Shown: positions 16,709 to 24,200 of the stretch, piece after piece
Position numbering within the stretch: the stretch's first letter is position 1
How the letters are laid out: each line of letters begins with the position of its first letter
DNA from: Conexivisphaerales archaeon
GTDB lineage: Archaea; Thermoproteota; Nitrososphaeria; Conexivisphaerales; DTJL01
Length of the DNA stretch: 28,286 bases
Direction: 5' to 3'
NCBI GenBank assembly: GCA_049509455.1
Contig: JBEKZX010000015.1
Span: 1 to 28,286, forward strand
Position numbers and translations under genes: made by a program
The notes under the pieces: generated by a model
The model's database searches: none
Told to the model about the DNA's origin: nothing
What the model saw: only the letters and a program-made list of their open reading frames with translations

Positions 16709-17978
16709 GTCTTAGCGCCTCCACAGGGTCCATCCTCGTAGCACGCCAGGCCGGGTATATGCCGGCGAGGATGCCCACAAGGGTCCCGAGCCCCAAGCTG
16801 AGGACGAGGTTAAATGCCGTTAACGTAGGGGCCAGCCTGCCTGGGATAAGCCCCGCAGCTGCCCGACCTGCTCCACCAGCCGCGATGCCTCCGGTGAGGG
16901 AAGGCATGAACAGGGTCACCGCGATGCCTACGCCCAATCCCACGACAGCGCCGATCAGGCCGATGATGACCGCTTCGCTCATGAAGATCTTCATGACCTG
17001 GCCCCTACGGGCGCCTATCGCCCTCAGGGTACCTATCTCGCGGGTCCTTTCGCTGATCGACATCATCATGGTGTTCACTACGCCGAATCCGCCGGCGAGC
17101 AAGGCCACAAGCCCAATGACAGTGAAGAAGGTGGTCAGCGTGCTGGATAGGGAGGAGGCCGTGCCGGTGACGCCGTTGGCCGTTGTCACTCTGACGCCTG
17201 CGATGGTGGAGGAGATTATGGTGGCAAGGCTCTGCACCGTGCTGGAGTCGGTGGCCTTTACGTAAATTTCCGACACCTGCCCGGTCTCGTTGGCTATGCT
17301 CTGGGCGTTCGCCAGCGTAATGTAGGCCGACCGTGCTTCCGCTCCGAAGGTGCTGCCTGTAGAATAGAGTCCCACTACCGTATAGTTCGCCACATCTGTG
17401 GAGTTGGCCCCAACCGTGACCACGTCACCCACGGTCACGTTGAGGTTCGACGCCAACGTGCTGTCCAGGACGATTTCGTTCTGCTGCGGCGAGGAATCCA
17501 AGGAAGTCCCGTTGACAATGTTCAGCCCGTTGGTGACTGCGGAATAGGTGCTAGGGTCGATCCCGTTGAGGAAGACGGTGCCGTTGTCGACGTATCCGCT
17601 GGTCGACAGCTGCACGGAGGTGGCATAGACGCCCGTTATGTTTCCAATCTCCCCGACCACCGTGTCGGGGAGCGTGTTGCCAGATCCGAATATCTGCTGG
17701 AAACTGAAGCCTCCGTATCCGCCCCCGGGAGCTCCGCCACCGAACCCCCCGAACCCGCTGAAAGTCGTCCTGTTGAACTGGGGGGTGGTGCCGTTCGCCA
17801 CCGTAATCTCCGCCCCGATGAGGTTCCTCACGAGGCCGCTGGTCTGCGCCGACGTGCCCGCGGCCAGCGAAAGCAAGACGAGGATCATGGCGACGCCTAT
17901 GACGATGCCCGACACGGTGAGGGCAGTCCTCGTCTTCCTCTGCCTCAAGCTTCTTATCGCTAGATTCCAGGAGGACAA
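16701..17978 (-). CDS. ABC permease, MacB/FtsX type (four TM helices plus a large extracellular domain)
   Basis: RQRKTRTALTVSGIVIGVA, VVNTMMMSISERTREIGTLRAIGA, GIYPAWRATRMDPVEALR; TTG start. Confidence 0.95.
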   Translation of the reverse strand: MSSWNLAIRSLRQRKTRTALTVSGIVIGVAMILVLLSLAAGTSAQTSGLVRNLIGAEITVANGTTPQFNRTTFSGFGGFGGGAPGGGYGGFSFQQIFGSGNTLPDTVVGEIGNITGVYATSVQLSTSGYVDNGTVFLNGIDPSTYSAVTNGLNIVNGTSLDSSPQQNEIVLDSTLASNLNVTVGDVVTVGANSTDVANYTVVGLYSTGSTFGAEARSAYITLANAQSIANETGQVSEIYVKATDSSTVQSLATIISSTIAGVRVTTANGVTGTASSLSSTLTTFFTVIGLVALLAGGFGVVNTMMMSISERTREIGTLRAIGARRGQVMKIFMSEAVIIGLIGAVVGLGVGIAVTLFMPSLTGGIAAGGAGRAAAGLIPGRLAPTLTAFNLVLSLGLGTLVGILAGIYPAWRATRMDPVEALRHV

Positions 17979-17984
17979 TCCGAC

Positions 17985-18074
17985 CTATCGCGCTCCAAGT
18001 CTCCAGACGAGGTCGGATTCGACCGGGCAGGTAGAGCGAATCTCATCATTCGAACTGTGAACGGTTAGCAACAT
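17985..18074 (-). CDS. Candidate 29-aa upstream ORF (leader peptide) of the MacB-type operon
   Basis: ATG 18074, MLLTVHSSNDEIRSTCPVESDLVWRLGAR*. Stop is 6 nt before the permease TTG; TATA-like GTTAAATG (minus) at 18105-18112 about 34 nt upstream. Confidence 0.3.
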   Translation of the reverse strand: MLLTVHSSNDEIRSTCPVESDLVWRLGAR

Positions 18075-18267
18075 GCGCACTGCGAGTAACCGCCATCAGG
18101 GCGGCATTTAACGAATTTCCTGAATGGCTCCCTAATCTCTAGCTACCTCATAGCGAATACCCCACCCTGTGCGACCCAACGGAACAATAAAGGAGATCGG
18201 CATGTCGCGCGCTTTCCTGGTGTCTAGCGCGTCTTGCCAACAATTATGGAACCTTTGTGGAAATCCG

Positions 18268-18275
18268 TTATATAT
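18268..18275. promoter_or_regulatory. Strong TATA box in the divergent intergenic region (orientation ambiguous)
   Basis: TTATATAT, one of the clearest TATA matches in the window; TTG codons lie about 30-35 nt away on both strands (18306 on +, 18240 on -). Confidence 0.55.
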
Positions 18276-18305
18276 CGTCCGAAGCCTGCTTCTTATCTGA
18301 CTGGT

Positions 18306-18428
18306 TTGTCGGAGCTTCTGCGCAAGGCCGGCCGCGATTTGTTGGAGGCGAGCTTGAAGCCGCTTGACCTCAAGTTCGAGCTCGGCTCCAAGCTTGGGAT
18401 CTTGGGGGCCAATCCTTGGACATCATAA
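18306..18428 (+). CDS. Possible small protein or frameshifted relic
   Basis: TTG about 35 nt after the TATA; MSELLRKAGRDLLEASLKPLDLKFELGSKLGILGANPWTS*. One extra G in the G5 run would extend it as GGQSLDIITSNLVARIA*. Confidence 0.3.
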   Translation: MSELLRKAGRDLLEASLKPLDLKFELGSKLGILGANPWTS

Positions 18429-18598
18429 CTTCGAACCTGGTAGCGAGGATAGCATGACGACCACCGTCCCCCGGCCTGGCCACTCCGACTTCGCGGTTCC
18501 TCTCATGAAGGAGGCGCTCCGTTCGTCAGGGCGGGAGCTTCTTGACGCTCGGCCCTCCGATATCGTTATTTCAGGGCGTCGTTTGAGTCGTAGCGGTC

Positions 18599-18922
18599 TT
18601 GGATGCATACGAGCGCCTTCTCTGGTGGCTCTTCGCGGGGAGCGCCGGCGCAAAGACGAGGGTCCAGGTCCTTCTGGCGATAAGGGAGGAGCCGAGGAAC
18701 GCCCTTCAGCTCTCCCAGAAGCTGGGGCTGGACTACACTACCGTGAGGCATCACCTGAAGGTACTAGAGAAGAACGGAATAGTGGTGAGCGAAGGTGAAA
18801 AGTACGGCAGGCTGTACTTCGTCTCCGACGCCATGGAGTTCCACTGGAAGGGCTTCGAATCCATCCTTGAGAAGACAGGCCGCGCCAAGCGAGGAGGTGA
18901 AACCAGAAATGGGAGCAGTTGA
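18599..18922 (+). CDS. ArsR-like winged helix-turn-helix transcription regulator (archaeal LLWWL-x-AG subfamily)
   Basis: ERLLWWLFAGSAGAKTRVQVL...PRNALQLSQKLGLDYTTVRHHLKVLEKNGIV...KYGRLYF; TTG start; TTATTT at 18566-18571 about 30 nt upstream. Confidence 0.92.
   Translation: MDAYERLLWWLFAGSAGAKTRVQVLLAIREEPRNALQLSQKLGLDYTTVRHHLKVLEKNGIVVSEGEKYGRLYFVSDAMEFHWKGFESILEKTGRAKRGGETRNGSS
18893..18900 (+). promoter_or_regulatory. Shine-Dalgarno sequence for the membrane-protein gene
   Basis: GGAGGTGA 8 nt before ATG 18909. Confidence 0.75.
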
Positions 18923-19349
18923 GAAGAAGGGTCATGGCGCCTTCATATGGCTGATGGCGGTACTGCTTATCGGGATCGGAGCCGGGGTCATACTCTCCAT
19001 ATTCGACCAGATACATGGATTCGGGTTTGGGTTCGGCTTCGGTCGCCAGCTGCCATTCAACCTCCTCGAGCCCGTGCTGACGCTGAACGCCATCTTATCC
19101 ACCACCAGCATAGCCCTACTAGTCGCCCTCTTGATCGTCTATGTGAGGTTGTACTCCGAGACGAGGGCCAACTTTTCACTGGGGCTTGTAATCGTGCTGT
19201 GTGCGCTGCTGCTGAACTCGCTGATATCGCACCCTCTGCTGCTGGTGAGGGCTGGGCCCATACCCTTGGGTCCAAGGGAGTTCCTTTCGACAGCGGAGAT
19301 CTTCCTGGTGGTGGCCTACGCGGTCTTCCTATATCTGAGCCTGGAGTAG
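18909..19349 (+). CDS. Four-TM membrane protein coupled to the wHTH regulator
   Basis: Start at ATG 18909 (SD-supported, 14-nt overlap with the regulator); IVYVRLYSETRANFSLGL pattern; GFGFGFGFG loop. Confidence 0.85.
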   Translation: MGAVEKKGHGAFIWLMAVLLIGIGAGVILSIFDQIHGFGFGFGFGRQLPFNLLEPVLTLNAILSTTSIALLVALLIVYVRLYSETRANFSLGLVIVLCALLLNSLISHPLLLVRAGPIPLGPREFLSTAEIFLVVAYAVFLYLSLE

Positions 19350-19420
19350 CCAGGCTAGGACCCGAAGGCCGCCGGCCATCAGACAGGGGCCAGGCGCAGG
19401 TGCCCCTGATAGCTCCACCC

Positions 19421-20482
19421 CTAGAGGAGCTTGCCAGCCTTCACGATGGTCTCGGCGCCCACCTTCAGGGTAGCTCCCTGCAGGATGCCCGTGAAGGTCG
19501 AAACTAGGCCTATGGAACCTGCCGGGAACCTGTCCTGCCCGTAGCCGAACTTCATTGCTGGGTTCAACCCGATGGTGATGGCGTAGAGGACGCGTGACTT
19601 CTCAGGGATCGCTTCGCCCAGGTCGCGGAGGACCTTGGAGGATTTCACTGACCTCCAATCCACGATCTTGCCCTTTTCGAAGACCAAGGTCGCGTCTTTG
19701 AGTAGGCCAAACCTGGTCAGGGTCGGAGAGAGCCTCGCCTTCCCGGTGACAGTGGCGGTGTCGACCTCCTTATACACGAACCCCGCAGGCACGTAGGCGA
19801 CGTTGTTGCCTGCGGATATGTCCTCGGCGTCGGTGATCCCATCCTGTATCTCCAGCTCCCCCTTCAGCTCGAACGAAAGATCGGTGCCCTTCCCCTTTAT
19901 GGTGGCCATGCTCCCGTCGACGAGATGCTTGGCGATCTCGTTGCCCTTCTTCCCCATCTTATCGAAGTCCGCTAGCGCGGCCTGCAGGTGATGGCGGGTC
20001 ATCTCGTCCAGTGGCTTGCCCAGCACTTCGGCGATATCCTCGCCGAGGTACCCGAAGGTGAGCCTGGCCCCCCTGAGCCCGGCCTTCTCTGCCGCCTTGT
20101 ACCAGGAGTCGTTGTACTTGGTAGAATCAACGTACTCCTGCCGGGTTATCTTCTTGTTGTAGCTCGCCAAGGGAGGGCCGGGTATGAAGACGTACGCATC
20201 GGACCCCGAAAGCAGACCGAGCTCATGCTTACCCATCACGCCAAGGACGTCCTTGGGCGTGCTTCTGACCCCTTCCAGGTAGGCGTCCTCGTCTTCGTAG
20301 ACGACGAGCGGGATCGCTCCCATCTTCTTGGCTTCGTGCGCCACGATGAGCGCGAAGGGAAGGGAGTTGCTCCACGTCTCCACGGTCAAGGTCTCGCCCT
20401 TCTTCAGACGCAGGGTCTCGGACAGGACCTTGCGGGCGACGTCCAGGTAGAAGGAATCGGCGGCTGCCTTTTTTGGCTTCAT
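19421..20482 (-). CDS. M29/aminopeptidase T (COG2309-like) homologue, apparently lacking metal ligands
   Basis: N-terminal ARKVLSETLRLKKGETLTVET, GTDLSFEL, VPAG, LVFEKGKIV and ITIGLNP patterns. Start set at ATG 20482, about 32 nt below TAAATATA (20510-20517). Confidence 0.8.
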   Translation of the reverse strand: MKPKKAAADSFYLDVARKVLSETLRLKKGETLTVETWSNSLPFALIVAHEAKKMGAIPLVVYEDEDAYLEGVRSTPKDVLGVMGKHELGLLSGSDAYVFIPGPPLASYNKKITRQEYVDSTKYNDSWYKAAEKAGLRGARLTFGYLGEDIAEVLGKPLDEMTRHHLQAALADFDKMGKKGNEIAKHLVDGSMATIKGKGTDLSFELKGELEIQDGITDAEDISAGNNVAYVPAGFVYKEVDTATVTGKARLSPTLTRFGLLKDATLVFEKGKIVDWRSVKSSKVLRDLGEAIPEKSRVLYAITIGLNPAMKFGYGQDRFPAGSIGLVSTFTGILQGATLKVGAETIVKAGKLL

Positions 20483-20509
20483 GTCGATCTGTGAAGGCGA
20501 GCCCTCGGG

Positions 20510-20517
20510 TATATTTA
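20510..20517 (-). promoter_or_regulatory. TATA box of the aminopeptidase-like gene
   Basis: Minus-strand TAAATATA. Confidence 0.6.
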
Positions 20518-20974
20518 GCTTGACCAGCAAGCACGAACGACTCGGGGATTCATTTCGTGGGCCGCTCCAGAGTCCGTAAGGCCGGGTCGCCTATGGTGAA
20601 GATAAGTGTACTCACCACCTCTTAAGGTCGAAAAATTCTTCAAGGCACCAAGTGGCTGCATAGATGTCGACGAAATCCGATGCGTATTTGCGGGAGGACC
20701 CTACGCTGCTACTGGCATCGACATCTCCCGCCGTGCTCGGTGAGGATTACTCTCTGGTTTCCTGCATCCTGGAGCCCATCTGCCTGGATCAATTTGTGTT
20801 CTCCACGTGTCCTCACGCCGATGTCCCCTGCCTGCGCCATCGCTATGAAAGTATGGCCGACGGGGAGGGCGAGCGCGCTCCAAGGCCGCATACCACCTTC
20901 AGGGCCAAAGGAGGGGCCCCGGGCCGAAGGGAGACGAGGTCGCCACCTGTTGCCCCACGGTCCTCTAAATCGTC

Positions 20975-21220
20975 ATGGACGAGGCCAAGGATATCAAGTG
21001 TGTTGGCAAGGACGTCAAGCACGGCATCAAGGCCGGCGACCACATGGCTGAGGACCTTTCTGAAGTCAAGCGGACAGTCAGCGAAATCCAGGAGACCCAG
21101 GGAGGGGCCCGTCCGTATGAGCCGGCGGCGACGGAAGGGAGGCGCCCTGGCTCTCCCAAGGCAGCACGATCCTGTACACTCCTATCGGGGCTTGGACGTT
21201 CTTCAGCTCCTGCTTCCTGA
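20975..21220 (+). CDS. Possible small hydrophilic protein or relic
   Basis: MDEAKDIKCVGKDVKHGIKAGDHMAEDLSEVKRTVSEIQETQ has coding-like GC3 bias. The 3' part overlaps the cyclase gene antisense, and there is no well-spaced promoter. Confidence 0.25.
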   Translation: MDEAKDIKCVGKDVKHGIKAGDHMAEDLSEVKRTVSEIQETQGGARPYEPAATEGRRPGSPKAARSCTLLSGLGRSSAPAS

Positions 21221-24200
21221 GCTCCAAGAACTTGCACTCAAGCTTGTTCCACACCTGATCGTACACCTGCTGCGAAACGCAGATCCCCCCTGCCTCGGCC
21301 AATGGCCTTATCCTGGAGGCGATGTTGACGACGTCGCCCAACACATCTCCTCCCCTATGCACTACGTCTCCCACATGGACCCCCACTCTCAGCTCGATTC
21401 GCCTTTCGGCCTTCGCGCCCAGGTTCTTTTCGTAAGTCGCCTTTTGAATATCGATGGCGAAGGATGTCGCCTCCAGCGCGCTCGCGAATTCGATCAGGAA
21501 CGAGTCACCTATGGTCTTAACCTCCCTCCCGTTGTGTTTCGGCAGGGTTTCCCGAACCAGCCGCTCGTGCTCCTTGAGAAGCTCTAGGGTCAAAGCCTCG
21601 TTCTTCTGCGTCAGGGCCGTGTAGCCGACGACGTCAGTAAAGACGATGGCCGAGAGGCCCCTCTTGTCCGCCCGAGAAACGCCGCCCGTCACTGTCAGGA
21701 TCACGGCCTCGGGAGTATACCCCCGGTACTTCCCTCCTTCGTCTAGGTACAGGAACTTTGGGGCAATCTCCATCACGCCCGCCTCCCAGGGGATGACCTT
21801 CAGCCTGATCTCCTCTGTGGCCATGGGCTCTATCTTCCTGGCCTTGAAGACCAGATGATCTATCTCCCAGACCACCCCTGGGGAAACGCTTTCGACGTCC
21901 GCAGCGGGAGGGAACCCATCCACCTTCACCATCAGCGCCGGAGCGTTCCCTGCGTTGACCATCTCCAGCTCGAGCTGGACAGCCTCCCCTGCGGCTGCCT
22001 CCTCTTTCGACAGGGTCATGTTGCACTGGATGTTGGCGTGTTGGAGCCACTCATAGCCAACCGACTGGTCGCGCGTAAGGGACGGGGCCTTCTCAGGCAT
22101 CTGCAACACGATGCCGGCGTCGAGGGCTTCCGCGGGGGATGCGAAGACGCTCTTCCTCTGCTTGACCTGCTCCAGGTGGCGCTCCGCCTCCTGCTGCTTC
22201 CCGGTGTATCCCGCCTTCGCATAGAGTCGCGCGGCTGACTCGAAGCTGCTTTCTGCCAAAGAGTAAAGCCTCGCCTTCTCGTTCGTGGCGAGCTCCCCTT
22301 CCGCCTCGGTCAGATACACAGACCCGTCAAACATCCTTTCCGTCGCCGTCGTCCAGCTGGCGGCTCTTTCCATGCCGGCCTCCGTGTAGTAGTCGGTCGC
22401 CGCCTCTAACTGCTGCTTGGCCACCCTGAAAAGCGAAGGGTCTCGATTGACGCGCAATCCCGCCCCTGCCTCCAAGGCGTGACAGAAGGCGGCGTTTCCG
22501 CGCGCCATCGCTACGAGCTTGTCGTCCCTGCTGCTCCCGGACACGTCCTCGAAGAGCTTCGCGGCGCTCGCATATCTTTCTGGCTTCTCTTGTGTCTCCG
22601 CCTGCTTCAGCAGCTGCCATGCCCTGCACAGGAGCGCCAAGGTGATCGTCTCCTCCCTCCACTCTCCGTCTCCTCCAGACTTGGCCAGCTGTTCGAGGAG
22701 CTCCGCCGCCGATTCGAAACCTTGAGCGCTCTCTAATCGCTCGCCTCTGCGGTCCAGGAGCTTCGCCTCCTCCAGATTCGCCATTGCGAGCGAATACCTT
22801 TCCCTTGACACAGAAAGCGCCAGCCATCCGCTGGCCTCGGATTGCTCCTCAAGGGAGGGTAGGGAGCTCCCCCATTTCTCTAACGCTACAGCCGCGGCCG
22901 CAAATCCCTCCGCCGCCTTGGCAAAGAGCTTCGCAGCCGCGTCGGGCTCCTCACTCCTAGAGAACTGCTCTCCATCCTCTAAGACTCCGCAGGCAGAGTA
23001 GTGCAACCCTAGGGGTGACCACCGCTGAACCTTGGAGAGGATGTCGCTCGCGCGCCGATAAGCTTCGGCCGCGGGTGCGAAGCGCCCTGCCGAATGAGCG
23101 AAACGTGCCTGCTCTATATGCTGCCAGGCGAGCATGTATTGCGATAGCTCTTCATAGAGAGTTCTCAAGCTCGGACTTTCGCTGACCGATCCGCTGTAAG
23201 CAGCGGAGGCGCGGGCGTACTCCCTGGCGGCCTCCTGCGGCTTACCCATAAGATCCTTGACGCTGGCTTTCAGCCACAGGGCCTCGGCAACACGCGTCGA
23301 TCTTCCGATCCTGTCGAATTCCTTCGTGGCCTCATCTAGGACCTTCAGCTCATCTTCAAGAAGCGCCCTCTCGCTGGAGAGCTCGTAGAGGTCCTGGAGG
23401 ACCTTGGCAAATCGAAAGGCGGAGTTGCCCATGCGCAGGACCTGTCCGTCGGTTAGAGGCTGCACGACCGTCGCGATCTTCGAGAACCCCTCTCTGAACT
23501 CTTTCGCGGCGTCTTCCAGAAGGCCCCTCTTCTCGGATTCATCTAGGATGTCCTTCGCCAGCAGCGAGCGCATGGTCGCCTCTGAAATCATCTGGATTCC
23601 GAGGTTCCAGGAGAAGTGTGGAGAAGTCCGCAACGCGATCTCCGTCGCCCTCCTGTCCAGCTCGACAGCTTCATTGAGTATGGCCTTCCTCTTCCCGGCG
23701 TCCTCCTCAATCAATGCCAGCTGCTGCAAGGCCTCGGCCCCGGCGTACCAAAGGTAGGGGAGGTTGTCGTTGAATTCGCCCTCCCCTAGCTGATACGCTT
23801 CGCGGAAGATGGAGATTCCTTCCTCGATGGTCCTCCTCCTCAGGGGCTGGTCGGTGATGAAACCAGTTGCGAACACGAAGTAGCTTTGGACCATGTCGCC
23901 ATAGAGGTTTAGAAGGAAGTACCGTGAGACCGGGTCAGAAAGGTGTCGCAGGCGCCGCCTTCCCTCCTCGTAGTAGAGCTTCACCGTTTCAAAGAGCTCC
24001 CTTGCAGGCTCCTCGTTCTTCTCGGCCACCAACTTCCAGCGAGTAGAGAACGCCAGTCCAGACAACGCAACACCGATTTCGGTTCCGTTGTCGGTCTTCT
24101 GCGCCTCCGATAAGGCTAGGTCCAGATGTTGCTGAAGGGTCGTTCCGAGAGACTCCCCAAAGAGTGCAGACACGTTGGCAACCGAAGAATGCAACCTCGA

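Noticed and set aside
17995-18049. Box C/D sRNA (minus-strand ATGATGA at 18043-18049)
   Set aside because: No CTGA D or D' box at a suitable distance (only CTGC and CTGG).
18795-18908. Longer start for the membrane protein (ORF 18795..19349)
   Set aside because: Lies inside the wHTH gene; the perfect SD supports ATG 18909.
20483-20530. Upstream start of the aminopeptidase-like ORF
   Set aside because: The extension runs through the TATA box at 20510-20517.
20664-21587. 307-aa + strand ORF as a single gene
   Set aside because: The last about 510 nt are antisense to the cyclase domain and the middle is low-complexity Arg/Ser/Pro; at most the 5' part is a relic.
21078-21665. Assignment as a Pycsar (cCMP/cUMP) defence cyclase
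   Set aside because: Substrate-specifying residues are the canonical ATP-type Lys/Asp pair, and no adjacent cNMP-binding TM or TIR effector gene is present.
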